Under the pieces are notes generated by a model. That model saw only the letters and a list, made by a program, of their open reading frames with translations. It had not been told where the DNA came from and searched no databases. A program made the translations under genes and the position numbers. A DNA stretch of 63,985 nt, the filler included, from a bacterium (GTDB lineage Bacteria > JALSQH01): the NCBI GenBank assembly GCA_027004335.1. It is 14 parts of 14 records of this genome, joined end to end, with 100 filler letters (N's around TTAATTAATTAA, not from the genome) between each part and the next. Parts side by side here need not be neighbours in the genome. Positions count along the whole stretch, not along the records: positions 1 to 3,607 come from JALTID010000107.1; positions 3,708 to 7,310 come from JALTID010000108.1; positions 7,411 to 11,010 come from JALTID010000109.1; 11 more parts are not named here. The stretch is one strand, 5' to 3'. Of the stretch, positions 1 to 9,244 are shown piece by piece (within the stretch, counting starts at the first letter, position 1; every line of letters starts with the position of its first letter).

Positions 1-1
1 T

Positions 2-127
2 GGGGATAATGTGAATATGCGGGTTGAGTTGATAAAGCCTGTAGCGATGGAGAAGGGGTTGAGATTTGCCATCAGGGAGGGAGGAAGGACAGTTGGAGCT
101 GGCGTTGTTACAAACATAGTTGAATAA
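2..127 (+). CDS. tuf: Elongation factor Tu, C-terminal fragment (5' truncated by window)
   Basis: Manual translation [41 protein letters not shown], the canonical EF-Tu C-terminus. Confidence 0.97.
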   Translation, partial: GDNVNMRVELIKPVAMEKGLRFAIREGGRTVGAGVVTNIVE

Positions 128-144
128 CTCGGTTGGAGATAAAA

Positions 145-303
145 ATGGCAGATGATATTGTGACCATCCATCTTATGTGTGAAGAATGTAAAAGTAGAAA
201 TTATTCATACAGGAGAAATAAGAAAAAGCACAGGGAGAAACTGAGATTAAAAAAGTACTGTCCCCACTGTAATAAACACACATGGCATAAAGAAGTGAAG
301 TAG
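145..303 (+). CDS. rpmG: 50S ribosomal protein L33, zinc-binding (C+) form, 52 aa; not in ORF track
   Basis: Manual translation [20 protein letters not shown]...[24 protein letters not shown] upstream; position between tuf and secE. Confidence 0.95.
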   Translation: MADDIVTIHLMCEECKSRNYSYRRNKKKHREKLRLKKYCPHCNKHTWHKEVK

Positions 304-378
304 GCCAGTAGCTCTAATTGGTAGAGCGCCGGACTCCAAATCCGGTGGTTGGGGGTTCGAATCCCTCCTGGCCTGCCA
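302..378 (+). tRNA. tRNA-Trp (CCA)
   Basis: Acceptor stem AGGCCAG/CTGGCCT, anticodon arm CCGGA-CTCCAAA-TCCGG, T-loop GGTTCGAATCC, encoded 3' CCA. Confidence 0.97.
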
Positions 379-403
379 TATTTTTATTTTTGGAGTAAAA
401 TTA

Positions 404-601
404 ATGGAGGAGAAAAATTTTTTTGAAAAATCGGTTCAGTTTCTCAGGGAAGTTGTAAATGAAGGTAAAAAAGTAACATGGCCAGACTGGAAGCAGATGC
501 TGATTGCTACAGGAGCTGTGCTTGTTTTTATTTTCCTCTCTGCCGGTTACCTTGCCCTTGTTGATTATATTATTTCTCTTATACTTAAAATTTTTATGTA
601 A
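404..601 (+). CDS. secE: Preprotein translocase subunit SecE
   Basis: FLREVxxExKKVTWP motif plus one TM helix; between tRNA-Trp and nusG. Confidence 0.95.
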   Translation: MEEKNFFEKSVQFLREVVNEGKKVTWPDWKQMLIATGAVLVFIFLSAGYLALVDYIISLILKIFM

Positions 602-607
602 GCTGAG

Positions 608-1150
608 GTGGTTATGGGGGAAAAAAGATGGTATGCTGTCCATACATATTCAGGTTTTGAAGAGAATGTAAAAAAAATGATTCTTGACAAAGTTCATTCT
701 GAGGAGATGGAGGATCTCATTGAGGATATTTTTATACCGAAGGAAAAAGTTGAAGAGGTGAAGAAAGGTCAAAAAAAGACAGTAGAAAAGCGTTTTTTAC
801 CAGGATATATCTTTATCAGAATGGAAATGAATGATAGAACATGGCATCTGATTACGGAGATTCCTAGAGTTACCGGATTTCTTGGACGTAAGCATGAACC
901 GATTCCGGTTCCCGATGAGGAGATTGATAGATTGAGGAAAGATATTAAAGAAGGAAAGCTGAGAGTGAAATATCTCCATTCCTTTGATGTAGGAGATGTT
1001 GTAAGAGTTAAAGAAGGGCCTTTTGCTAAATTTGAGGGAGTTGTTGAAGAAGTAAATGAAGAAAAGGGAAAGGTAAGAATTTTAGTAAGTATTTTTGGAA
1101 GGCATACTCCTGTTGAACTTGATTTTGAGCAGGTGGAAAAGAAAACTTAA
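608..1150 (+). CDS. nusG: Transcription termination/antitermination factor NusG
   Basis: WYAVHTYSGFE, FLPGYIFI, KOW motif, SIFGRxTPVELDF. Confidence 0.98.
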   Translation: MVMGEKRWYAVHTYSGFEENVKKMILDKVHSEEMEDLIEDIFIPKEKVEEVKKGQKKTVEKRFLPGYIFIRMEMNDRTWHLITEIPRVTGFLGRKHEPIPVPDEEIDRLRKDIKEGKLRVKYLHSFDVGDVVRVKEGPFAKFEGVVEEVNEEKGKVRILVSIFGRHTPVELDFEQVEKKT

Positions 1151-1168
1151 TCTGGAGGAAATGAAGAA

Positions 1169-1594
1169 ATGGCTAAAAAAGCAATTGGACAGATAAAACT
1201 TCAGATCGAAGGTGGAGCTGCTACACCAGCACCTCCTGTAGGTCCTGCCCTGGGTCAGTATGGAGTTAACATTGGTGAATTCATTAAAGCTTTTAATGCA
1301 AAGACAGAAAAAATGAAAGGGGATATTATCCCTGTGGTAATCACTGTATATCAGGATAGAAGTTTTTCCTTTGAACTGAGGCAGCCTCCTGTTGCTTTTC
1401 TGATTAAAAAAGCTGTCGGAGTTGAAAAAGGTTCAGGGGAACCCAATAGAGTTAAAGTGGCTTCAATTACAAGGCAGCAGGTGAGAGAGATTGCCGAAAG
1501 AAAATTAGCGGATATGAATGCTACATCTATTGAAGGAGCAATAAGAATGGTGGAAGGTACTGCTAAGAGTATGGGTATTGAAATTAAAGAGTAA
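1169..1594 (+). CDS. rplK: 50S ribosomal protein L11
   Basis: [13 protein letters not shown] motif; operon position. Confidence 0.98.
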   Translation: MAKKAIGQIKLQIEGGAATPAPPVGPALGQYGVNIGEFIKAFNAKTEKMKGDIIPVVITVYQDRSFSFELRQPPVAFLIKKAVGVEKGSGEPNRVKVASITRQQVREIAERKLADMNATSIEGAIRMVEGTAKSMGIEIKE

Positions 1595-1605
1595 GAGGTG
1601 AATAA

Positions 1606-2322
1606 ATGGCCAGACATGGGAAAAAATATCTTGCTGCAGTAGAACAACTGGAATCAGGCAAAGCGTATTCGGTGGAAGAGGCATTTGATCTTCTGAAGAA
1701 CATTTCATTTGCCAATTTTGATGAGACAATTGATGCCGTTTTTCTCCTGGGGGTTGATCCTGCAAAAGCTGATCAAATGGTTAGAAGTTCAGTTGTTTTT
1801 CCTTATGGAACAGGAAAAGAACGCAGGATAGTTGTTTTTGCCAAGGGAGAAAAAGCTCAGGAGGCAAAACGGGCTGGAGCTGATTTCATTGGTGATGATG
1901 ATTTAATTGAAAAAATACAGAAGGAAAAGTGGGTTGATTTTGATATGGCAATAGCTACACCTGATATGATGTCAAAGGTGGGAAAACTTGGTAAGATACT
2001 TGGTCCAAGAGGCTTAATGCCCAATCCTAAAACAGGAACAGTCACCTTTGATGTGGCTAAGGCTGTGGAGGAGGGGAAAAAAGGTAAGTTAAATTTTAAA
2101 GTTGACAAATATGGAAATGTTCATATGATAATAGGTAAGAAATCTTTTACAAAAGAGAAATTGTTAGATAATTTTCTTGCCGCCTATGATGCTATTTTAA
2201 GGGCAAAACCTCCAGCAGCGAAGGGAAAGTATATTAAAAATATTTATCTCTCTACGACGATGAGTCCATCTATTAAGGTTGATTTACAGGATGTTATAAA
2301 GGTTTTCAAAGAAAAAATCTGA
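1606..2322 (+). CDS. rplA: 50S ribosomal protein L1
   Basis: [16 protein letters not shown] motif. Confidence 0.98.
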   Translation: MARHGKKYLAAVEQLESGKAYSVEEAFDLLKNISFANFDETIDAVFLLGVDPAKADQMVRSSVVFPYGTGKERRIVVFAKGEKAQEAKRAGADFIGDDDLIEKIQKEKWVDFDMAIATPDMMSKVGKLGKILGPRGLMPNPKTGTVTFDVAKAVEEGKKGKLNFKVDKYGNVHMIIGKKSFTKEKLLDNFLAAYDAILRAKPPAAKGKYIKNIYLSTTMSPSIKVDLQDVIKVFKEKI

Positions 2323-2360
2323 GAAGCAGGTGCCGGTGGGCTTAATATCCTGCGGAGATT
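2316..2360 (+). promoter_or_regulatory. L10 leader (rplJ autoregulatory RNA)
   Basis: AATCT-GAGAA-GCAGG...TTAATAT-CCTGC-GG-AGATT: two stems with the internal loop and TTAA motif typical of L10 leaders, directly upstream of rplJ and overlapping the rplA stop. Confidence 0.75.
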
Positions 2361-2388
2361 AGTCCCAGGCTCCTGGAAAGGAGGGCTG

Positions 2389-2919
2389 ATGAAAAAGGAG
2401 AAAAAACCAGAAATTGTTAGAGAGATGCATGAGAAGCTGCTCAAATCCAGAGGAGTTTTTCTTGTTGATTTTACAGGTCTCAATGTTGCTTCTCTGATGA
2501 GTGTAAGAGCAAGAATGAAGGAATCGGAAGGTGAGTTAAAAGTTGTTAAAAACACTCTTCTTCGTATTGCTCTGAGTGACACTGATTATTTGCCCGTGAG
2601 TAAATTTCTTACTGGTAACAATGCAATTGTATTTGCCTACCAGGATCCAATAGCGACTGCGAAACAACTAGTAAAAAGCGCAGAGGAATTTGAGCATCTG
2701 ACTCTCAAAGAGGGATTTATCCCTGGTGGTGAAGTTTTGGATGCTCAGGGTGTAGAGATTCTTTCAAAAATACCAGGAAGGGAAGAACTTCTTGGGAAAC
2801 TTGCCTATCTGTTCAGTTACCCCGTACAGGGTCTTGTAAATGTGACTTCTGGGATTGTGAAAAACCTTATTACTATTCTTGAGCAGATAAAGCAAACTAA
2901 GGAAAAACTAGCTGCATGA
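2389..2919 (+). CDS. rplJ: 50S ribosomal protein L10
   Basis: DFTGLNV, VVKNTL, IPGREELL motifs. Confidence 0.97.
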   Translation: MKKEKKPEIVREMHEKLLKSRGVFLVDFTGLNVASLMSVRARMKESEGELKVVKNTLLRIALSDTDYLPVSKFLTGNNAIVFAYQDPIATAKQLVKSAEEFEHLTLKEGFIPGGEVLDAQGVEILSKIPGREELLGKLAYLFSYPVQGLVNVTSGIVKNLITILEQIKQTKEKLAA

Positions 2920-2950
2920 AAAATGAAGAAAAAAATGGAGGAGATTTAAA

Positions 2951-3340
2951 ATGGCTGGAAAACTCACTAAGGACCAGATAATTGAGGCTATTAAAGGAAT
3001 GACAGTTATGGAATTAGCTGATCTTGTAAAAGCTTTGGAAGAAGAATTTGGGGTTTCTGCTCAGGCTGCTGTGGCAGTTGCAGCTGCTCCTGCATCTGGT
3101 GGTGCAGAAACTGCACAGGAAGAAAAAACCGAATTTAATGTGGTACTAAAAGCTATTGACCCGTCCAACAGAGTTAAGACTATCAAGGCGGTAAAAGATA
3201 TTGCTGGCCTTGGGTTAAAAGAAGCTAAAGAATTTATTGAAAGTCTTCCCAAAGCTGTAAAAGAAGGGGTGAGTAAGGAGGAAGCAGAAGAAATCAAGAA
3301 AAAAATAGAAGAGGTTGGGGGACAAGTCGAAATTCAATGA
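2951..3340 (+). CDS. rplL: 50S ribosomal protein L7/L12
   Basis: [27 protein letters not shown]. Confidence 0.98.
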   Translation: MAGKLTKDQIIEAIKGMTVMELADLVKALEEEFGVSAQAAVAVAAAPASGGAETAQEEKTEFNVVLKAIDPSNRVKTIKAVKDIAGLGLKEAKEFIESLPKAVKEGVSKEEAEEIKKKIEEVGGQVEIQ

Positions 3341-3370
3341 TTATTGTTTTTTTAAATTATCACTTTTTTG

Positions 3371-3405
3371 AAAGGGTGTCCCGAAATAACGGGAATACCC
3401 TTTTT
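3371..3405 (+). terminator. Intrinsic terminator/attenuator between rplL and rpoB
   Basis: AAAGGGTGTCCCG-AAATAA-CGGGAATACCC-TTTTT hairpin with U-tract. Confidence 0.7.
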
Positions 3406-3444
3406 CTATTTTATGAGATTAAATCATAGAAGAGGTGTAGATTC

Positions 3445-3607
3445 ATGAAATTACCTTCCCCGGAGAGGCTAAGAATAAGAAAGAATTTTGGGAGGATTAA
3501 AGCTCCTATTGAGGTTCCTTACCTCTTAATGGTTCAGAAGAAATCTTATGATGAGTTCCTTCAGAAGGATGTTCCACCTGAGAGGAGGAAAAATCAGGGC
3601 CTGCAAG
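3445..3607 (+). CDS. rpoB: RNA polymerase beta subunit, N-terminal fragment (contig end)
   Basis: RIRKNFGRI...VPYLLMVQKKSYDEFLQ...GLQ; follows rplL. Confidence 0.95.
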
Positions 3608-3707
3608 NNNNNNNNNNNNNNNNNNNNNNNNNNNNNNNNNNNNNNNNNNNNTTAATTAATTAANNNNNNNNNNNNNNNNNNNNNNNNNNNNNNNNNNNNN
3701 NNNNNNN
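3608..3707. other. Artificial contig spacer (44N-TTAATTAATTAA-44N); the same spacer starts at 7311, 11011, 21736, 25364, 28992, 32615, 43149, 46751, 50326, 53895, 57457 and 61009
   Basis: 13 identical 100-nt spacers with a six-frame stop linker; genes are truncated at their edges. Confidence 0.99.
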
Positions 3708-3709
3708 AT

Positions 3710-4774
3710 CCTGACAATCTTCTGATCCTTACTGACCATGTTAGATGTGCGGCTTTTGAGCTACCCTTTGAAGAAGGAGAAAAATTGGGGAATAAGGATG
3801 TTACAGAATTTCTGGAGTATCTTGAAGAGGAAGGGGTTGTTTTTAAAAAGAGTGGTAGATGGTTCTGGATGAGCGAGAGTTATCCCGCCAATCAGGTTAG
3901 TTTGAGAAATATGGGAGATGAGAATTTTACTGTGATAGATATTACCGGGGCTCCAAGGGTGGTTGCTGAAGTTGATTATTTCAGTGCGCCGAAGATGCTT
4001 TACGAAGGTGCCATCTACATGGTGGAAGGTGTGACCTACCAGGTGGAGAAACTTGATTTTGAGAATCACAGAGCCTATGTAAAAAAGGCAAAAATTGATT
4101 ACTACACTGATGCCATTGATTATTCAAGATTGAAGATTCTTGATATTTTTGAAGAGGAGGGGGAATCTGCTGTCTATGGATATGGAGAGGTTCAGGTGAT
4201 TACAAACATTGCCGGTTTTAAGAAGGTCAAATTTTTCACCTCGGAAAATGTGGGTTATGGAGATGTACATCTGCCTGATATTGAGCTCCACACCACATCT
4301 TTCTGGATCCAGCTTGATAATACACATAGGGAGAGGAGTAATCTTGGCATTTATGAGTTTATTGAAGCTGTTCATGGAATTGGTTATGCGATGAAAAATA
4401 TATCTGCCATCTATGCCATGTGTGATCCACGGGATATAAGTATGGTTGTTTCTGATAAAAATGAAAAGTGGAATTACCACGAGGGTGTAAAGGGTGGTGA
4501 GTTTTATGGTGAGGATGGCTTCAAAATTGACCCCCCTGAGGAGATCTACAAGCCATCTGTATATATTTATGAAAATTACCCCGGTGGAGTGGGTATTAGC
4601 TCGGAGTTGTTCAGGTTAAGAAAAACTCTTCTTATTGAGACAAAAAAATTGATAGAGAATTGCGGTTGCGAGAGAGGTTGTCCCTCATGTGTGGGACCTG
4701 TTACATATACGGAGAATGATGTTAAGGGAAATGCCATCAAGATTCTCAATATGTTAATTGAAAATGGATCTTAA
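3710..4774 (+). CDS. MrfA/YprA-like (Hrq1/SftH) DEAD/DEAH helicase, C-terminal part with DUF1998 Zn domain; 5' truncated
   Basis: PDNLLILTDHVRCAAFELPF, EGAIY, CDPRDI, YPGGVG, CGCERGCPSC. Confidence 0.9.
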   Translation, partial: PDNLLILTDHVRCAAFELPFEEGEKLGNKDVTEFLEYLEEEGVVFKKSGRWFWMSESYPANQVSLRNMGDENFTVIDITGAPRVVAEVDYFSAPKMLYEGAIYMVEGVTYQVEKLDFENHRAYVKKAKIDYYTDAIDYSRLKILDIFEEEGESAVYGYGEVQVITNIAGFKKVKFFTSENVGYGDVHLPDIELHTTSFWIQLDNTHRERSNLGIYEFIEAVHGIGYAMKNISAIYAMCDPRDISMVVSDKNEKWNYHEGVKGGEFYGEDGFKIDPPEEIYKPSVYIYENYPGGVGISSELFRLRKTLLIETKKLIENCGCERGCPSCVGPVTYTENDVKGNAIKILNMLIENGS

Positions 4775-5513
4775 GGATAAATTAAACAAATTGAAGGGGA
4801 AAAGGTCAACTCCCAGCCGGGTCAGGCCCTCTGCGAGTGATACTCCCCCTCTTTTCCAGCGGAAAGTAGATGGTGACCATAAGATAGGGGATTTTATTCT
4901 GAAGGAATTTAAGAAACTTTTTCCACTCTATCTGCCTTTTTTCCCATCTGTTTTAAGTTCACCTGAGCAGATGCTCTTTCTTGATCTTGAAACCACTTCC
5001 CTCTCCACAGGTACTGGTAATATGCCCTTTCTTGTGGGAACAGGATTTTTTGAAGGAGAAAAATTCAATGTATTGCAGTATCTTGTTCCTTCTCCGCCCC
5101 TTGAAATGGATGTTCTTGTTGAACTTCTGAAATTGTGGAAGAAGAAGGATGTTGTTATAACATACAATGGGAAAACTTTTGATATCCCCCTTCTTAAAAA
5201 CAGGATGGTGATATACAGATTGGAGGGTTTTGAGGAGAAGAAGCATTATGATCTCTACCAGCTTGTAAAAAAGATGGTTAAGCCTGCAAATCTCCACAAT
5301 GTTGAGAGAGAAATGCTAAAATTGGAGAGACCTCCCGGTGTGGAGGGTGGTGATATTCCCCGCCTATATTTTGAATTTTTAGAGAGGGGGGAGATTGAGA
5401 TATTAAGGGAGGTGCTTGAGAGAAATTTACAGGATATTCTATCACTTCCCGCTATTTTATACAGGTGGGTAGAAAAGAAAAATCCACTATTTTTCAATGA
5501 TCACCAGGAGTAA
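4758..5513 (+). CDS. MrfB/YprB-like RNase H-fold (DEDD) exonuclease
   Basis: FLDLETT, TYNGKTFDIP, DLY and NLQDI motifs; overlaps the helicase gene. Confidence 0.85.
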   Translation: MKMDLKDKLNKLKGKRSTPSRVRPSASDTPPLFQRKVDGDHKIGDFILKEFKKLFPLYLPFFPSVLSSPEQMLFLDLETTSLSTGTGNMPFLVGTGFFEGEKFNVLQYLVPSPPLEMDVLVELLKLWKKKDVVITYNGKTFDIPLLKNRMVIYRLEGFEEKKHYDLYQLVKKMVKPANLHNVEREMLKLERPPGVEGGDIPRLYFEFLERGEIEILREVLERNLQDILSLPAILYRWVEKKNPLFFNDHQE

Positions 5514-6133
5514 CCGGCGGAAAAGGAGATGTAGATGTCGCCTCTTGAAACCATTGCTGTAGATGAGGAATCTTTCCTGATAGATGCTATGGTCGGATAA
5601 TTCATACGGGTTAGAATTTTTATCCCATGAGCTGGGTAATAGCCAATCCCTCCTTCAAGAACTCCCAACCTCGCACTGTCACCCCAGAAGATGAAGCCGT
5701 ACTTAAGGCAACTCCACAGAAATATATTGGTGTCTGGAATAACTATGGAGAGGGAGAGAGGTATTTCTGTTTCTATTGCTCCTATCATCCCTTCCATTAC
5801 ATCTGGTGAAATTAAGATTCCCTCTCCGATACCCAGTGACAGGAGAGAAAATTTTGTAATCACCAGTGTCTTTCTGTAAGAACCCATGAGATTATAAATT
5901 CCTCCATCAATATAGTTATAGCCGGTAAAAGCTGCTAATTCTCCAGTAGGACTGATTTTGTAGGTGTAGGAAATCTGAAAGGGGTATGGCCCGTATGTAT
6001 CCAGAGTTACGGAATGTTTTGCTGAGGATGGTAATGGTGGATAGGTATTGAGGTCTGGATCAACTAAAAAGGTGTATTTGGGGATAAAGGAGAAAATAAC
6101 AAAGTAAAGTGAAAAAAGACGCAATTTTTTCAT
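5501..6133 (-). CDS. Hypothetical exported protein, possibly an outer-membrane beta-barrel
   Basis: MKKLRLFSLYFVIF signal-like start at 6133; alternating beta-strand pattern; ends SFSAGYSW (aromatic C-terminus). Confidence 0.55.
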   Translation of the reverse strand: MKKLRLFSLYFVIFSFIPKYTFLVDPDLNTYPPLPSSAKHSVTLDTYGPYPFQISYTYKISPTGELAAFTGYNYIDGGIYNLMGSYRKTLVITKFSLLSLGIGEGILISPDVMEGMIGAIETEIPLSLSIVIPDTNIFLWSCLKYGFIFWGDSARLGVLEGGIGYYPAHGIKILTRMNYPTIASIRKDSSSTAMVSRGDIYISFSAGYSW

Positions 6134-6194
6134 ATTATTATGATACCACGGGGTGTCAGGGGGAAGCAAGAGTTGACACTACCCTTATCGATGT

Positions 6195-6222
6195 TTGACA
6201 ACTGTTGAATTTTATGGTAAAA
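6195..6222 (+). promoter_or_regulatory. Sigma70-type promoter of the porin-like gene
   Basis: TTGACA-16 nt-TAAAAT with TGn extended -10. Confidence 0.55.
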
Positions 6223-6277
6223 TTTCCTAAATTAGTAAGAAATTGATAATAATAAAAGTTAAAAGGAGGAATGTAGA

Positions 6278-6844
6278 ATGAGGAAGGTATTGACATTTGT
6301 GATGGTTCTCACTTTTTTGAACATGCCCTTGATGGCTGACTCTCTCACAGTAGGGCCTGTGGCAGGATTAACAATGTCAACAATTAATGAGCCAGGAGCT
6401 TCCATGAAACCGGGATTTATGGCAGGTGCAAAGATTAACATTGCACTACCTGAAAATTTAGATTTTGAGTCAGGTTTAGCTTTTACTCAGAAAGGCTTTG
6501 CTGTAGAATTGCTGGGCTTATCAGGAGAAGATACCCTTAATTATTTGACAATTCCTCTTCTTGCAAAGTGGATTTTCGGAGTAGGGGGGTTAAATGTTAA
6601 TGTTGGAGGTGGTCCAGAGATTGGCTTGTTTATAAGAGGTGTGGCAAAGTGTTGTGGAGAAACTACCAGCATCAAGCCAGGTGACCTTAATACATTGGAT
6701 CTTGGTTTTACGCTTGGTGCAGGAATAGAAGTTTTAAACATAACCTTTGATTTAAGATACACAATTGGAGTGACGACGATAAATGATGAAAGTGATAGGA
6801 ACAATTCCTTTTATATTCTAGGAGGTTACAATTTTAACCTGTAA
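6278..6844 (+). CDS. Outer-membrane beta-barrel protein (PorT/porin-like family)
   Basis: Signal peptide; YLTIPLLAK, GGGPEIGL, DLRYxIG motifs; ends GYNFNL; strong AGGAGG SD. Confidence 0.8.
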   Translation: MRKVLTFVMVLTFLNMPLMADSLTVGPVAGLTMSTINEPGASMKPGFMAGAKINIALPENLDFESGLAFTQKGFAVELLGLSGEDTLNYLTIPLLAKWIFGVGGLNVNVGGGPEIGLFIRGVAKCCGETTSIKPGDLNTLDLGFTLGAGIEVLNITFDLRYTIGVTTINDESDRNNSFYILGGYNFNL

Positions 6845-6862
6845 GAAGTTCAGGGTATTTGT

Positions 6863-6893
6863 GGAAAAGGAGTTTTCCCTCCTTTTCCTTTTT
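6863..6893 (+). terminator. Intrinsic terminator
   Basis: GGAAAAGGAG-TTTTCC-CTCCTTTTCC-TTTTT, 10-bp stem after the porin-like gene. Confidence 0.8.
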
Positions 6894-7081
6894 ATACAGA
6901 GTTAATTGTCGCATAAAAAGTGGAGTTGTTTTCTATTAATTTATCCTTCAAGTAGTTTGAAAACTTTGACCTAATTTCTGAGTTGAGAAGGTACCTTTCT
7001 TATTTGGAAGAGTTTTTCTTTTTATCCTGCTTCCTTTAGTTGAGGGTGGGGAAGATGTCCTAACCAGGAAAAGACTCCCCG

Positions 7082-7111
7082 TTGACACCCTTCTCCAATT
7101 TACCCTATAAT
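7082..7111 (+). promoter_or_regulatory. Consensus sigma70 promoter
   Basis: TTGACA-18 nt-TATAAT, 15 nt upstream of the ATG at 7127. Confidence 0.7.
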
Positions 7112-7126
7112 TTCCAGAGAGAAGAG

Positions 7127-7310
7127 ATGTGTGATACTTTTATAATTCAAAAAGATAAGACCTTGGGAGGTAAGATCTTCTTTGGGAAAAACTCTGACCG
7201 GGAACCAGATGAAGCTCAGATAATTGAAATTGTTCCCCCAAAGGATCATATTCCTGATAACAAACTCAAAACCACATATATTGAAATTCCACAGGTCACA
7301 TACACATACG
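7127..7310 (+). CDS. C69 family (secernin-like) dipeptidase, N-terminal fragment
   Basis: MCDTF (N-terminal nucleophile Cys), FGKNSDREPDEAQ, TYIEIPQV. Confidence 0.9.
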
Positions 7311-7410
7311 NNNNNNNNNNNNNNNNNNNNNNNNNNNNNNNNNNNNNNNNNNNNTTAATTAATTAANNNNNNNNNNNNNNNNNNNNNNNNNNNNNNNNNN
7401 NNNNNNNNNN

Positions 7411-7632
7411 CTCCTTTACAGAAGGATTTGTCTTAAGCTCCCTAACCTGTTTTTTTAGTTCTACATTTTTTTCTTTTGCTTTTTCAAGTTCCTTCTTTAA
7501 AACTACCTCGCTTCTCCTACTTTCCTGGTACTCCAGCACCCCATTTGGCCCAAAAAATAATTTATAAGACTCAAGAGCGATTAAGAAAATTAAAAAAAGC
7601 CACAAAATGTACCATTTAAGATTTTCTTTCAT
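7411..7632 (-). CDS. Septum formation initiator (FtsB/DivIC family), 3' truncated
   Basis: TM helix, FGPNG motif, coiled coil ending LKTNP. Confidence 0.8.
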
Positions 7633-8521
7633 CCTTTCTTCTCCTACTGTAGATTCCAGGTGGGATTTCAGGGAGATGAGAAAAAATTATCTCATGAATT
7701 TCCTGCTCCTTAATCCCACTTCTTTTTATATCTCTCAACATCTTCTTTATCTTAAATCCTCTTTTAAGGGCAGCGCTACCAGTTGGGTCAAGAGAAATCA
7801 ATGAAGAATCTTCCCCGTATTTTATGAGATCAAATATCGCATCAATACTCCTGCTCAGGTAAAATTCTTTTCTGTCTTCGGGGATCTTATAAATTGATCT
7901 CCTGGAAAGGGTATTAACAAAATTTCTCCATACCTTTAACTTCCTCTGAAAATTAACAATGTCGAACACTCTCCTGTTGGTGGAAAAGGAGAAAAGTGTT
8001 GGTGAAAGGCCTCTCTTCAGCAATTCATCGTTATCTCTATGAACTTTTCCTGGCAATTTTGAAGCATTTTTCCATACTTCTTCATCAAAACATGTTTCAA
8101 ACTTTAATTCCCAGTAGGAATGTGTTTTCATCTTACCATGATAATATCTTATGAACATTTCAGGAAGAAAAAAATTATGGGCAATAACATCTGAAGCAAG
8201 ATGTGATAGGTAACCCCAGACGAAGCTGAAGTGGTATTTCTTCTCGGCATACTTAAAGAGAGAAAAGCCTACATTCCAATTATGTGAATGTTTTTCCCAT
8301 ATGGAGTATTTTTTACCTACAATTATATCAGCAATCATCATCCCATAGAGGAAATCGGAAGGATAGGTTCTGATTAACTTGGCCACTTCTTCCTCAACCA
8401 TATCAAGCCAATCTAAAGCAGTTAACCCCATATAAAAATGCGCTACACCTCCCCACGCATGAAGTTGAGGGGGAAATAAGAAAAAAAGAAAAAGAAGAAA
8501 AAAGAAAATTATCAACACCAT
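7616..8521 (-). CDS. Zinc-dependent phospholipase C family protein
   Basis: Signal-like segment then WGGVAH; ADI, HSH, GYLSHLASDVIAHN and HSYWE metal-ligand motifs. Confidence 0.85.
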   Translation of the reverse strand: MVLIIFFFLLFLFFLFPPQLHAWGGVAHFYMGLTALDWLDMVEEEVAKLIRTYPSDFLYGMMIADIIVGKKYSIWEKHSHNWNVGFSLFKYAEKKYHFSFVWGYLSHLASDVIAHNFFLPEMFIRYYHGKMKTHSYWELKFETCFDEEVWKNASKLPGKVHRDNDELLKRGLSPTLFSFSTNRRVFDIVNFQRKLKVWRNFVNTLSRRSIYKIPEDRKEFYLSRSIDAIFDLIKYGEDSSLISLDPTGSAALKRGFKIKKMLRDIKRSGIKEQEIHEIIFSHLPEIPPGIYSRRRKDERKS

Positions 8522-8584
8522 TACCTTGCATTAAAGGAGATGTTATGTAAAAATTATTTTACAGGAACGGATGGTTATTGTAAA

Positions 8585-9244
8585 GTGAATATATTTATAA
8601 CACAGTTAAATAGTTTTCTTGAATTTCTTACTGACATGGGAATAACGGAAATTGCAGATCCACAAAGAAGGAGGGGAGAAACGATCCAGAGGAAGTCCTT
8701 AGAACTTGAAGAAATATATACCCACTGGACAGATTGCACCAGGTGCAAGCTCCACCAGTGGAGAACAAATATAGTGTTCGGAGAGGGTAACCCTGATGCA
8801 GAAGTTATGTTCATTGGAGAAGGACCTGGCGAAGAAGAAGATAAGCAGGGAAGACCCTTTGTGGGTAGAGCAGGGCAGCTTCTAACACTTATGTTAAGAG
8901 CTATCGGTTTTGAAAGAGAGGATGTCTTTATAACAAACATTGTAAAATGCAGACCTCCAAAGAACAGGGAGCCAGAAAAAGATGAAGTAATTGCATGCAG
9001 CCCCCTTCTGCAAAAGCAGATAGAAATCATCGACCCGGAATTGATCGTTACTCTTGGAAAACCTGCAATAACTGCACTTTCGGGAGAAAAACTTTCCATC
9101 ACAAAAATAAGAGGGAGAGTAATGCTAATCGGTGGAAGAAAAGTTTTACCCACCTATCATCCCGCCTATCTACTGAGAAATCCAGCAAGAAAAAGAGAAG
9201 CTTGGGAAGATCTAAAAACTCTCAGGAAGTTGCTTGGCCCATGA
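8585..9244 (+). CDS. Uracil-DNA glycosylase, family 4 (Fe-S); start uncertain
   Basis: CTRCKL, GEGPG, PFVGRAG, KCRPP, HPAYLLR. Confidence 0.93.
   Translation: MNIFITQLNSFLEFLTDMGITEIADPQRRRGETIQRKSLELEEIYTHWTDCTRCKLHQWRTNIVFGEGNPDAEVMFIGEGPGEEEDKQGRPFVGRAGQLLTLMLRAIGFEREDVFITNIVKCRPPKNREPEKDEVIACSPLLQKQIEIIDPELIVTLGKPAITALSGEKLSITKIRGRVMLIGGRKVLPTYHPAYLLRNPARKREAWEDLKTLRKLLGP

Noticed and set aside
3710..5513. DUF1998 helicase as an anti-phage system (DISARM DrmAB, Druantia)
   Set aside because: Sequence motifs and the RNase H-like partner fit the MrfAB/YprAB repair pair; no methylase or other defence genes on the contig, although the 5' side is truncated
6894..7081. About 190-nt intergenic stretch as ncRNA or riboswitch
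   Set aside because: No recognisable motif or convincing stem structure by eye; it lies between a terminator and a promoter
8585..9244. Phage-derived gene or UdgX
   Set aside because: Ordinary family-4 UDG motifs, no KRRIH loop, no phage genes nearby
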